DNA from: a virus
Taxonomy: Duplodnaviria > Caudoviricetes
Direction: 5' to 3' (one strand)
Virus record (IMG/VR): IMGVR_UViG_3300009034_000040
Coordinates: 1 to 59,329 of that record
Length of the DNA: 59,329 bases
Part shown: positions 36,402 to 47,712 of the stretch, one piece after another
Position numbering within the stretch: position 1 is the first letter of the stretch
How the letters are laid out: each line of letters begins with the position of its first letter
Made by a program: the position numbers and the translations under genes
The notes under the pieces: model-generated
Seen by the model: the letters and a program-made list of their open reading frames with translations, nothing else
Database searches by the model: none
What the model was told of the DNA's origin: nothing

Positions 36402-36436
36402 TAGATCACTTCACTTATTCTTACACAACACTACTT

Positions 36437-36472
36437 ATTAAAGTTTTCTCAGTTGTTGTTAGACACAAATAC
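36437..36472 (-). promoter_or_regulatory. Promoter with TGT-N3-ACA upstream motif
   Basis: GAGAAAAC-TTTAATAA; plus-strand TTGTTAGACACAAATAC at 36456-36472. Confidence 0.65.
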
Positions 36473-36994
36473 AGATCGTTAGTTTTCTGTTACTTTTACT
36501 ATCTTATAGAGTTCTTCTTTTACTAATTAAAGGTTAGATTGAGCTTCTTTTCTATAGGTTAATTGCGGACTTTAAGAAATCTACGAGAAATGTTAATAAC
36601 TGACGAAAACTGCAGATTACTTCTTTAAGCCATGAGCCTTCTTAAATAGCTCTTGTCGTTTATGATCTATCCATAACACGTAACTAAAGTTTAAACCAGC
36701 AAATAAGAATAGGTAACAAGGATTAATAACGAGTAGAGATATCAGGATGAAAGGGAGTAGAGTAATATAGATAAGGGTACATAAGCTCTTTAGCAAATGT
36801 AAGTAAGCATTAACTCTTACCACAAGGCCCACCTGTTTAAGTATGCTATGATAGATATGTAGAAAGGTGAGGTGATTGCTATAGCAAGAACTCCAATCAA
36901 GAGTCCACGTAGGTTCTTCATAAACCTATCACCTCCGTTTACACAAAGTTATTACATATGCGTTAGGTACTTCTCTAATATATTCTTTGTTAAA

Positions 36995-37411
36995 TCAGGT
37001 ATTTAAACTTTCTTTAGTAGACTCTTCCTTTAACTTCTTATATTGTTCATATATACAATCTTCACCTTTCTTATGGAGTTCACCGCAACCATTAATACAT
37101 CTATAATAACCTGTAGTTTCGATCACGATTTCTAAATCTCCCACTTCTTTAAACTTCCATAACCGTTCTACGTAGGTTTTAAGAGTTCCTTCAGGTAATA
37201 CAGTATCCTCCTTAAGACTCTCAGCTACCCTACTCTCCAAGGCCTCTATAAGCTCAGGTATATTCCGTAAGAACCTTAAGTCTTCATCTCTAAGGGTTTC
37301 TCCTCTATCAGCCTTATCTATTACTGACTTCCAAGCTTTACGTAAACCAGCAAGTGTTTCTTTAGTGTATTTACGTAATTCAGATTCTTTACGGGCACTA
37401 ATCTTAGACAT
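36995..37411 (-). CDS. Hypothetical protein (terminase small subunit candidate)
   Basis: Helical 138-aa protein; function is a guess. Confidence 0.35.
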   Translation of the reverse strand: MSKISARKESELRKYTKETLAGLRKAWKSVIDKADRGETLRDEDLRFLRNIPELIEALESRVAESLKEDTVLPEGTLKTYVERLWKFKEVGDLEIVIETTGYYRCINGCGELHKKGEDCIYEQYKKLKEESTKESLNT

Positions 37412-38396
37412 TATTTAACACCTTTATTTAATTTCCATGCTTTCTCAAAGTCCGCTTCAAAATAATTAAATCGAATGAGAATATTGTTAAAGAAGAATCC
37501 TTCACATTCTGTACCTGTTTCTTTATCAATCTTCTGACAGAAGCAAGAGAAAAATTTTACAAACTTTTTTACACAATCTTTCTTATTACATATTGGAAAT
37601 TTATTATTAGAATTCTTCTTTTCTAATTGTTTTTTACAAAAACAACATTCCATATCTACTTCTCCTCAGGACATTTCCTAGTCTTAACTTTATGTACAGT
37701 ACAGAACCCTACAAACCTACCGTTCTTATCATATAGGTAACATTCTACTTTATTAAAGTTACACTGCTTAACCATTACTATTACCTTGTACTTTTAATAT
37801 TCAACGGTTTATACAAGAAATACCCCCATAAGTCACAATAATACTTACAACGAGGAAAAGTAAAGTCGCCTACAAATAAATGGATATCTCGTTGAATACC
37901 ACAATCTCCGTTATGTGAACATTCTACTTCTTTATTAAAGTTACATTGTTTAACCATTAAGAATCCTTCTTTTGAGATCAAGTGATCTAGTTGTGTAAGA
38001 CTTTAATTTATTACGTGTTTCTTTTTTAATCATTACAGAATTTCCTCTTTAATTTGCTTCACAATTTTCCTAAGTTCTTGTTTAGTATTCTCATCCACAG
38101 TATTGTTTAGAATAGCTTTCATAGTCAAAACTGACAGTTCTTTTACCTTTTCAACAGCTTTATCGTCAATAACTCCTTGACTATAAGCGAGTTTTGCCAA
38201 TAGAATATTCCTTGAAACAATGTTAAGTGCAATTATTGCTTGTAATGAATTATAACTAATTTCTAACATTTCTCTTTCCCCCCCTCCTTTATTTTTTAAT
38301 GTTGGTAATATTTCTAGACAATCTCCTTGAATTAAACGATAGAAGTTCTTTATGGGTAACTCGTTACTTGATTGCTTATAAGTAAGGGAACACTCT

Positions 38397-38846
38397 TTAT
38401 CCAAGTCTACCACCGTATTGAATTACAGCACAGTTCTTACAGAGTTCACGTAACCGATTAACTATGTACGGTATATCTTCAAAGTACACATCTAAACTTA
38501 AGTAGTTAATAACCTTAGACTTCTCTACAGCTATGGTTTCTAACCAATCTAATACAGATTCTCCATCCTTATAAAACGGTACATCTAGCTGGTAAAGTTG
38601 TAAATTAGGAAAGTACTTATTACACCATCTCTTAGTTATTAGTTTAAGTTCAGGATCTCTAGCTGTGATGATATAGCCTTCATCGAATTCATTCATGAAT
38701 AAGTAAGGGTTCATATATGGTTCACAGGATTGATAGTATAACTTCTTAGCAAACCCGTCATTTCTAGTTAATGCTATATTAATAATATTTTGTTTAGCTA
38801 AGAAACCATCAATATCAAACCCTAGAATCAGTCTGAATTCCTCCAT
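38397..38846 (-). CDS. HAD-superfamily phosphatase
   Basis: FDIDG, ITAR, conserved K, YFED. Confidence 0.8.
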   Translation of the reverse strand: MEEFRLILGFDIDGFLAKQNIINIALTRNDGFAKKLYYQSCEPYMNPYLFMNEFDEGYIITARDPELKLITKRWCNKYFPNLQLYQLDVPFYKDGESVLDWLETIAVEKSKVINYLSLDVYFEDIPYIVNRLRELCKNCAVIQYGGRLG

Positions 38847-39112
38847 ATCTCATTAATTAATATACCTAATAGGATGGAACCTATTACAAGACGAAGTACA
38901 GTAAATATGTAGGCTGTATACCAATTAACCTTGAAGTAAGGGGCAAATTCCCATAACTCATTAATTCTATGCCACTCGCTATATCTATAAGAAATAACCA
39001 TCCAGTCTATATCAGTAATTCCAGTAGCAATCATGTATACAGAAGCAAGCAGTATAAGAATCCATTGCTTATTCATCAGTAACACCTTTATAGACGTATA
39101 CCGTCTTAAGCA

Positions 39113-40642
39113 TCATATCACCTTACTATTACAGAAACGCTTATTTAAGCATTCCCCTTGTTCAGTCTTGAAAGAACAGTTACCTTCATAACTGCATTTA
39201 GCTCCAGTAGACTTTACAATTTTCTTTACAGAAGTAATAACTTTCTTACTGCTCTCATGCTTAACTATAGGAACGTTACCTAGCCTTGCACTAGCAATCT
39301 TACAGTACTCTTCATTAAGCTCTATTCCTATCCACTTACGGTTAAGTCTCTGAGCAGCTATACAGGTTGTACCACTACCTACAAATGGATCTAAAACTAT
39401 TCCGTCTTTGTGGCATCCTAATTCTATAAGATACGCCATAAGTTTAATAGGCTTAACTGTAGGATGAACATTTTGTTGTTTGCTTACTCCTGTTCCTTTT
39501 GTTCTATGAGCACCATTTGAGCATTTATGTAAAGATTGGTCGCCAAAATTACCCATTGTCCGTTTCTCTTTAATTGTTAAATCTTCAAGTCCATCATTGC
39601 GTTCTTGTTTGCTCGCCTTCGGCACATCCAAAAACCCATGATGCTCAGCCCAAGCATCTAAGTCAAAGTAACGACTCTGATCGCCCGTATCATTATAACC
39701 CCTTTCTGTAGGTAAAACATCATATAAGTTATATATTCCTTTACTTCCAGTCGGAGGTAAACTGCTTCCCTTCACTTTCTTACTCTTTGTTATTTTCCCC
39801 GTGTCTAAAGCTTTATCACTCACTAAAAGATTACTTGGGAACCGTCCTTGAATATTAGGTTTACTAAGTAATGCTTTATCTCCAGTTACACCAAAGTTTT
39901 CAGTAGCTCCCACAGTTTTTGAATGTCTTCCTTGCCATCCTCGTTTAGTAGGATCAGTTTTCCAATTACACGGTATCCTACAAGCATCCACATTAATAGC
40001 TCCCGTTCCATGCTTCAACACGTTATCAACTATAGTCTTCTCGCTTAACGGTTTGTTCACCATAAGTATACATTCTAATGCTGGTTTTAATCCTGTAATG
40101 GATTTCCAACCTTGCCATTTCTTAGAACCTTCACATACTGGTTCAGTAATTGCTCCTACTTTTTGACCATCAGTTTCTTTATATTTTCCATATTTATGTC
40201 CAGCTTCTTCTCCTTTTGTAGAATGTTCATATCCATATCGGTAACGAGGATCAGATTTAACACCGATAGTTTTACGTTTAAGTTTAAACTTTCGATCTAT
40301 CCCCTTACTAACACAGTAAGCTTTCGGAAATCCTGTCTTATAGATCCAACTAACAAAACTCTGTCTAAGTTGAAACCCACACTCTTCTAACATCCTAAGC
40401 ATCCTCCATAACACATCCTGCCTAGGACTACTCATAACAAACGCTAATGCTCCTGGCTTAAGAACTCTATACATTTGTTTAAATGCTTCTATATCTGGTA
40501 AGGCTTTATCCCATAACTTACCCATGAAAGCTATTCCATAGGGAGGATCTGTTACAACATAGTCTATACTATCATTAGGAATAGACTTTAAAACTTCTAC
40601 ACAATCACCGTTATGAATCTTACTTATCCATTCATCTAACAC
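39113..40642 (-). CDS. DNA amino (N6-A/N4-C) methyltransferase, beta class
   Basis: GDC, TDPPY, HPTVKP, LDPFVGSGTT, GIELNEEY. Confidence 0.95.
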   Translation of the reverse strand: MLDEWISKIHNGDCVEVLKSIPNDSIDYVVTDPPYGIAFMGKLWDKALPDIEAFKQMYRVLKPGALAFVMSSPRQDVLWRMLRMLEECGFQLRQSFVSWIYKTGFPKAYCVSKGIDRKFKLKRKTIGVKSDPRYRYGYEHSTKGEEAGHKYGKYKETDGQKVGAITEPVCEGSKKWQGWKSITGLKPALECILMVNKPLSEKTIVDNVLKHGTGAINVDACRIPCNWKTDPTKRGWQGRHSKTVGATENFGVTGDKALLSKPNIQGRFPSNLLVSDKALDTGKITKSKKVKGSSLPPTGSKGIYNLYDVLPTERGYNDTGDQSRYFDLDAWAEHHGFLDVPKASKQERNDGLEDLTIKEKRTMGNFGDQSLHKCSNGAHRTKGTGVSKQQNVHPTVKPIKLMAYLIELGCHKDGIVLDPFVGSGTTCIAAQRLNRKWIGIELNEEYCKIASARLGNVPIVKHESSKKVITSVKKIVKSTGAKCSYEGNCSFKTEQGECLNKRFCNSKVI

Positions 40643-40973
40643 TTCTATATTTCTCCCTTAATCTTCCTGTTCGAGGTAACACCCGTAGTTTTCTATTACA
40701 ATACCTATAAGGACAGTAAGCAGTATTTAAGTTCTTACCTAACCATCTGATTTGATCTATATGAATTCTACCATGTCTAGAACAAGTAGCATATAGATAG
40801 AATACTCCTTTCCTAATAGAGAAGTGATTCCTAACTAACCCTAGCTTAACTGCTTTCTGTTCTATAGCTTTCTTAGTTCTATCAGGGAACAACTGCATGA
40901 GTTCAGTCCAGCTAACACTGTTATATCTAAGTCTTAACAAAGCTATATCTTGCTTGCTCCATCGTTTACCCAA
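40632..40973 (-). CDS. Myb/SANT-like HTH plus Zn-ribbon protein
   Basis: WSKQDIALL...RTKKAIEQKAVKLGL; C-xx-H...C-x4-C. Confidence 0.65.
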   Translation of the reverse strand: MGKRWSKQDIALLRLRYNSVSWTELMQLFPDRTKKAIEQKAVKLGLVRNHFSIRKGVFYLYATCSRHGRIHIDQIRWLGKNLNTAYCPYRYCNRKLRVLPRTGRLREKYRSVR

Positions 40974-41826
40974 CTAGATTGCTTCCTATTAACTTCTCCT
41001 CTAAATATTTCTGGTAGTATTTAAACATCTTAATTGGAGGAGTACATATATGCTTCTTAGCTTCTTTACTTATTGATTGAGCAACTAAAGGCATAGCTAT
41101 TTTAACATCTTTAAACTTTTCTAATCCTAAGTCTACAAATACTTTATCTATAGCTCCATATGTCTCTGACTCTGGTAATACAGGAAGTAAAGGCTTATCA
41201 TTTTCGATACGAATCTTTTTAGGTCTAGGTGGGTCATCAAGTTTGGCTTTAGCATAAATATATTCTTTACCGTACCAAGTCTTTAATACAACTCCTTCTC
41301 TACCTTTCTCCTTTGCTAACTTCAACATTTCATCTCTGAACTTTAATAAACTCTTTATACTTCTATGTTTAGATTCTCCCCATTGCTCAACTATTGGAAT
41401 TCTCCACTGATAACAATACTGATAAATTCTGTTATAAGGTAAGAAGTGTTCTTCATTCAAATACCACATGTCAAATATTATATATTCTTCTTTATCATGT
41501 AATTCAAATCTAGCTGGACTCTTACCTTTAGATAGTAATTCACCGAATATTATTAGTTCTGTGTTCCAATCTTTACGTTGATTAAGAAGTAAATCTTTAA
41601 TTTTAGAATATTCTTCAGTTCGTTTTAATATTGCTTGTAAATCCTTAGAGGCTTCTTTCATTCTACGACTAGAAATAATTAGTTTATTCTTTTCATCTAA
41701 CCATGTAGCAATGCATGAACCATCACGCTTCTCAAACCAGTAGATTAATTTACCTAATAAAATTCTAGGATTAGGTCTAATATGATTAATACTGGGTATT
41801 TCTAGATAACTCCATTCTTTACCCAT
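40966..41826 (-). CDS. ATP-dependent RNA ligase (Rnl2-like)
   Basis: EKRDGS, IFGEL, IFDM, REGVVLK, AKAK; helical C-terminal domain and no OB fold. Confidence 0.8.
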   Translation of the reverse strand: MGKEWSYLEIPSINHIRPNPRILLGKLIYWFEKRDGSCIATWLDEKNKLIISSRRMKEASKDLQAILKRTEEYSKIKDLLLNQRKDWNTELIIFGELLSKGKSPARFELHDKEEYIIFDMWYLNEEHFLPYNRIYQYCYQWRIPIVEQWGESKHRSIKSLLKFRDEMLKLAKEKGREGVVLKTWYGKEYIYAKAKLDDPPRPKKIRIENDKPLLPVLPESETYGAIDKVFVDLGLEKFKDVKIAMPLVAQSISKEAKKHICTPPIKMFKYYQKYLEEKLIGSNLVG

Positions 41827-44408
41827 GTTACATCACTAACTAAGTTTAATATCTTATCAACCTTATTCTTAAGTCTAGTAAATATACGTATGTAATCTAT
41901 CTGTTTAATAAACCATTGAGGAATTACCATATCTTCAGCGATTGATATATTTCTTAACTTCCATTGTAAAGTTAAATCTACATTAGATTCATATTCCCAT
42001 ATCGTAGGATAAAGTAGATCACTATTGAAAAGAGTAGTTTGTTTTTTATCTTCAGTTAACATCTTAACATATATTGGTAATCGTCTAGGCTTATCGCCTT
42101 GTTCAAAATCAGTATTTAGATATTTATTAGAGTATAGAGCAGAACGTATATGCGCTGGAACAACATATTTTTCTTTTCGTTTCTTTTTAAATATATAATT
42201 CCGAAATGACTCCTTAATCTGTAAGGGATAAGCCAACTCTAGTGGAGTATATTTTTTAGCTTTAAAATCTAGTACTACTCTATCCCAAAATTCTTTAATC
42301 TTTAATTTACCTTCTCCATCAAGAACTATTTTAATTATATGCTCCAATACATACTTTTCTAAATCACTACTATCACTACGAATTATCTCTAAACCTTTAA
42401 AATCAAAGTCTTCCTTCCAACTTTTAATCTCGTCATACACATATTTACCAGCATAGTACTTCTTAGCAATAAGTAAGAACCTACAGTAAATTCTTCTAAG
42501 TCCTATCTCTGAGGGTATTCTGATAATTCTATGTTTTTCTTTGAAATATTTGCTAAGTCCGCTATTAAGTTTACTCTGTAATTCTTGTGCTTCCTTAAGT
42601 AGTGATTCTTGTTCAAACCCGTATATTCCTTTGAGGAGTACAAATATAGAATCGGTGTCTCCATATATCAACTCGTAACCTAATTCTTTAGCAACGTCAT
42701 TTAGACATCTAATACTTTCTCTACCTATAAGAGCTACAGCAGCAGAACATTCTTGTTTAGATAACCGGAAACCATCAAAGTCCATCACTCCATATATAGC
42801 GTTAGTTATCTGCTTAAGATTAAAGATTCTTCTCCACCAAGACTTAACAGCTACTTCATCACCTTTCTTAATTGCCTTAGCGTACTCTGCTTCATACTTA
42901 TCTCTCTGCTTAAAGAAGCTATCTATTAACTGTGGCAGTAATCCTCTAGGATTACGTACAAAGCTATGTATTGTACCATCTTCAGCTTCAATCTTATAAT
43001 ATCCACTACCATCAGCTCTATAGGTTTCTGGACTAATATTAAAGCTTCTCATTATCTGTGGGTACTCTCTCGAAAAGTCTAACTGCACTGCCCACTGGTA
43101 TAGACTAGGTTTAGGCTTAATAACTACAGCACCTAGAAAACTCTTACGTCTAGAACGCTTCTTATGAACACTTCTTAAAGCTACCTTTCTATTTACGAAT
43201 CTCAGTAAAGCTGAATCTAACACTCTGTAATTGCGGAGTACTTCAAAGAACAAAGCTCCAAAGATTCTACGTAAGTCATCAAAGGTTTCTATTAGATCAT
43301 ACTTCTCATCTAGTTCTTTAAGTACCAATACATCGTTAATATTTCTCTTAAAGATTATCTCTGGGTATTTATCCCATGTCTCAGCTGGCGTACCTTTAAA
43401 CAATACTTTCTCCATAGAGAGGTTTTCTGACTCTATTACATGAGCTAAACTATAGGATCGTAATTCAGCACTAGTAAACTTCTTAAAAGCTCTCATTAAA
43501 TCAAACAGTATTCTTCCCTTAATATTGTAGTATCCTCTAGCCCACGTATAACTGTTTAGTGGACTTAGACTTCTAGGATTTAACTTACATGCTTGCATAC
43601 GAGTAACCCACTTAGGAAAGTCGTACCGTTCTAAGTTCCATGCTGTAATTAAATCTGGATCTTTCTCCTTAACTGTTTTAGTTAATCCTTCTAACATAAA
43701 TGCTTCATTAGTAAATCCTTGTACTATATGATTCTTAGATGTAGGTTGGAATATTTCATCAGGTGTTTTATCCTTTAATTGTTTAGGCCAGTTAGTATTG
43801 AGTACCCAATACGTATATAGATGTTCTTCATAAGAATCCCAGAAGGAACACATAGTTACAGGTACTTCTTTACGTAATCCGGTAGAACACATCTTACTAG
43901 AATAATCCTCAAAGTCTATGTACCACTTACGTAAGTTAGCTTTTAGCTCTATAGGTTCTAATTTAAGAGTCTTCCCTTTACCTGTAATACGTACTCCTGA
44001 ATGTATACCTTGATCTATCAAATAACGTAAAGCTAACATTGCTCCTTTAGAAGCATCTGCTTCATAAGTATAGTAAGGCTTCTGTAATCTTTTATATAAC
44101 TTATGATATTTCACATCAAACTCAGATAACCATTTACTAGTAGGGAACTCTAGCTTAGTAAGAGCTTTCTTATTAAGTCCTCTAACAAATGTAGGTACAG
44201 GTTTACAGTACTTATTAAAGTTAAAGTTACTAGAGTTCTTTAGTTCCGTGTAGTCTACCTCATCTATGTAACAGTAAGGTTTGAACTCTACTCTAAAACT
44301 ACGCTTCTTATTGTTCTCATCTCTGCCTATCAAAACTACACATGGTACTTCAGTGTTGCCTTTCTTAACTGTAATTGTTTCTGCTGTAATAAGAGCCAAG
44401 TTTGTCAT
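41802..44408 (-). CDS. polB: Family B DNA polymerase
   Basis: Exo IDFE, WNLERYD, NDV; pol DFSREYP, KQITNAIYG, YGDTDS, KKYY. Confidence 0.95.
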   Translation of the reverse strand: MTNLALITAETITVKKGNTEVPCVVLIGRDENNKKRSFRVEFKPYCYIDEVDYTELKNSSNFNFNKYCKPVPTFVRGLNKKALTKLEFPTSKWLSEFDVKYHKLYKRLQKPYYTYEADASKGAMLALRYLIDQGIHSGVRITGKGKTLKLEPIELKANLRKWYIDFEDYSSKMCSTGLRKEVPVTMCSFWDSYEEHLYTYWVLNTNWPKQLKDKTPDEIFQPTSKNHIVQGFTNEAFMLEGLTKTVKEKDPDLITAWNLERYDFPKWVTRMQACKLNPRSLSPLNSYTWARGYYNIKGRILFDLMRAFKKFTSAELRSYSLAHVIESENLSMEKVLFKGTPAETWDKYPEIIFKRNINDVLVLKELDEKYDLIETFDDLRRIFGALFFEVLRNYRVLDSALLRFVNRKVALRSVHKKRSRRKSFLGAVVIKPKPSLYQWAVQLDFSREYPQIMRSFNISPETYRADGSGYYKIEAEDGTIHSFVRNPRGLLPQLIDSFFKQRDKYEAEYAKAIKKGDEVAVKSWWRRIFNLKQITNAIYGVMDFDGFRLSKQECSAAVALIGRESIRCLNDVAKELGYELIYGDTDSIFVLLKGIYGFEQESLLKEAQELQSKLNSGLSKYFKEKHRIIRIPSEIGLRRIYCRFLLIAKKYYAGKYVYDEIKSWKEDFDFKGLEIIRSDSSDLEKYVLEHIIKIVLDGEGKLKIKEFWDRVVLDFKAKKYTPLELAYPLQIKESFRNYIFKKKRKEKYVVPAHIRSALYSNKYLNTDFEQGDKPRRLPIYVKMLTEDKKQTTLFNSDLLYPTIWEYESNVDLTLQWKLRNISIAEDMVIPQWFIKQIDYIRIFTRLKNKVDKILNLVSDVTWVKNGVI

Positions 44409-45014
44409 GCTGGTTGTAAACCATCCTCAAATAATCCACTAATACATTCTTTAATACCATTAAATATTCTTTTAATTAATGGTTTCTTAAACTCTTTAAG
44501 CCAATATCTCCATTCTTGACACTGCTTCCAATTACGTCTAACTTTACCTAAACATGTAACACATTCTACACAATCAACCTTTCGGTAATAACAACTACAA
44601 AGTTTACGTGCTTCTAATTCTTTATCATCCATGCTTCTCTACTCCAAGGAATCTTAGGTATTGATCCAAATATATCTGTGTCATGTATTAACCATCTATG
44701 AACTACTATACCATGCTCAGGAATACTTCCGTCCTCATATCTATATTTATGCTCTGAACATCTACGGCACTCATGAAATAAAATATCTGGTTTATCTTCA
44801 TCTTTTAGTAATTCTCTGAAATTCCATCTATGATCAACTATGCTACAGATATATCTGTTAAATCTATGATTCCATTTCCTAACTCTATCATTTAACTGAC
44901 AATGTGGGCATAGAGTACAGTAACCATGTTCACAGTAAGCTACACCATCATATACTTCATACATTAATACATTACTCCTTATAACTAATAAATAAAGATT
45001 GTGGAGAAAGCTGA

Positions 45015-46148
45015 CTACTCCAGCCAGCCTTCAATCTGATCCTCATCTTCAAGTGTTTCTAGTTGACTTGTTTCTTTAGGTGTCGTTAGTCCTGGAATAG
45101 GCCATATACCGTTAGCAGTTATTACTACATCTCCTTCAGGAACCCAGTTGTCTTCTTCATCCCTAATGTTACTTCGTTTAGTTCTACCAAAGACTATTAC
45201 TTCACTCTGTTCTCCAAAGTCTACCTTTATATGTGGTGGTATTTGCACTCGTACTTGATAGTCTGCTTCTATTCCTGCTTCTGCATCCATCAATCCCATC
45301 CATATAGCTCCCCATGAAGTAGGTCTCTCTAACCCTAGCCAACTAACTACTCCCTTAACAAATATCTTACGATCCCATGCATCCTTGAAAGCTTCATAAT
45401 GTTCCTCTACTTTATCTATGGAAGTCAGTTGTTTACCTATGGTATCTATTATAATCTTATGTATTGCTTCTGGTGTTTGACCCCATTCTTCATTAAGCTT
45501 CTTGAATACACTAGTTGTTTCTTTCGCTTGACTAGAGTTAAGTCTAATATTATCATCTGTATTTTCTTTAACTAATCCGTAAGTCTGGAATGGTGTAAAG
45601 AACGGTATTTGATCCCATGCTCTAGCTAGTCTGTTGTCTTCTGTGTGTATACTACCATATTTAAACTTACTTTCTCCGTTAAGCTTCATGCACCCAAATA
45701 GAGTTCTACTTCTAAGCTTTAGTTTAGGATTTAACGGTTCCATATGTTTAGGATTTTCCTTACCGTAGATATGAGTTCTTTGATCTAGAATTTCATTATC
45801 ACCGTTAATCAGCTGTGCATCTTTAGCAAACTGTAAACCTTCTCGTTCTATAGTATTTCTAGCTTTTTTTCTCATATCTTGTGCTTTATCTCTCATACCA
45901 GCATCACCAGTGATGAATCCGTATACGACTACTGGAGGATTCCTAGGAGTCCATAACTGTCTTTGTTTTTCTCTACGATGTCTATTCATTACTCCGTTTA
46001 CTGCTAAGTGTTCTATATTACCTTTAAACTTACTTGTTTCTAGCTTAGTATATTCTTCATTGAATTCCTTAAGTAATTCCTCTACGTCTATTCCTAAACT
46101 CTTACTTAGTTTTTCTAAACGTTTATGTTCTTTAGTACTAATATTCAT
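45015..46148 (-). CDS. RPA/SSB-like OB-fold protein
   Basis: N-terminal helical domain, beta-rich core, acidic tail (EDEDQIEGWLE); lies in the replication module. Confidence 0.55.
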   Translation of the reverse strand: MNISTKEHKRLEKLSKSLGIDVEELLKEFNEEYTKLETSKFKGNIEHLAVNGVMNRHRREKQRQLWTPRNPPVVVYGFITGDAGMRDKAQDMRKKARNTIEREGLQFAKDAQLINGDNEILDQRTHIYGKENPKHMEPLNPKLKLRSRTLFGCMKLNGESKFKYGSIHTEDNRLARAWDQIPFFTPFQTYGLVKENTDDNIRLNSSQAKETTSVFKKLNEEWGQTPEAIHKIIIDTIGKQLTSIDKVEEHYEAFKDAWDRKIFVKGVVSWLGLERPTSWGAIWMGLMDAEAGIEADYQVRVQIPPHIKVDFGEQSEVIVFGRTKRSNIRDEEDNWVPEGDVVITANGIWPIPGLTTPKETSQLETLEDEDQIEGWLE

Positions 46149-46602
46149 TACAACACCTCCTGCTCTAACTCTATATTTCTAACACATAACTTTTGTTCGT
46201 TTAAATGAAGATACAAAACCAACTTGTCTTTTAGATAGGGAGCAGATTTCAACCATTTAACTAATGTTTTAATCTGTTCTTTATCTAATTGCATAGTGTT
46301 AGATTGTATTTTTACTGTTTTAAATCCTAGTATTTTACCTAACAATTTCAAACACTCATCACAAACTTTCATATCCCATTCTGTCTTATTTGAACATAAC
46401 AAACATTCTACTTTATCCATTAACATCCCTCCTAAGCTAAACTTTCTAATACTTCAAGCAGTTGTTTTAGATACCAATTTTTAAGATCTAGATCATTCTT
46501 TAAATTAAGTAATTGTATTTCTTTCATTAATCCTTGTCGTTCATTACAATCAAGTTCTAGAATGTATGTGATGTTAATATCACCTTTCATACTATCAACC
46601 TC

Positions 46603-46878
46603 CTAAATATTAATAGAAAACAAATCCCATTCATTCTCAGGATGATATTTCCATTTCTTCTTTCCGTCTTTGATTTCAACGAGTCCAGCACCTTGTAAAC
46701 CACTTAGATACTCCTTAGTCTTCTTCATAGTTCTACCCTCTTGAATACAAAACCTAGCAAGAATTACATTAAGTTCTTTCATAGTTCCCTCTCCTTTCTC
46801 TTTTAACATCCCTGCTAATTCCATAGTACATCTTCTTCTCATATTACACAACACTTCATCCATACTACCTCTATTCAT
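46603..46878 (-). CDS. Winged-helix protein
   Basis: KKTKEYLSGLQGAGLVEI. Confidence 0.6.
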   Translation of the reverse strand: MNRGSMDEVLCNMRRRCTMELAGMLKEKGEGTMKELNVILARFCIQEGRTMKKTKEYLSGLQGAGLVEIKDGKKKWKYHPENEWDLFSINI

Positions 46879-47712
46879 ATATATACCTCACACAATCAAT
46901 CATTCAATCAAATAAAGAGACATCATTGATAAATCTTATAAACATCATAACGATCAGTCCAGATATAAGCTAATACAAAATCTCTATGAAAATCTGATAT
47001 CTCGTAATCCTTTAAAATCATTAATCCTAATACAAAATAATCTGGAAAGGTATCAAGTATTTCTTCAGGGCACTTCATTAAATCCACTTCATAATATTTA
47101 TTTTCATGATACTTTTAACGTATCTCATTCAGTCACTCTCTCAGTAATAGTAACATCGTTTGGAATTATCTCTATACACCTTCCACAACTACAACATACT
47201 ACAAAACAAGCTACATCTATGTCAAATACTTTATCCTCTGGTCTAATCAAATAGGCTCCTGCTCCACCCTTATTAATGTGTTTCTTAGCTTTCTTACTTA
47301 CTCGTTCCCATAATTCCTCATCAGTTATATTCACATTCATATTCATTCACTCTAATAGTAATATCATTTATTTCTATGGTAATTGGTATACTTGATATGA
47401 AAATCAATCATTCTACCTCTAATCATTATTCCTATACCGTATACACGAGATTTAATAAAGTCATTTAGATTAATTTCAAAACTATTTTTCTTTCCGTATA
47501 ATATCTCTATCATTTCACTAGATGATAAATAAATACAACAATAATTATTAGAAGACTTGTGAAATCTCATTGAAACACCTCATCCCAGTTAGAATTACTT
47601 AACGCTAAACTTTTAACGCTATTAAATAAAGCTTTTACGTAAAGTTCTTTTGTGCCTTCTATCGTTATTTCTAAGGTATCTCCCTCATATTTATGTTTTA
47701 ATTTAAGTTTTT

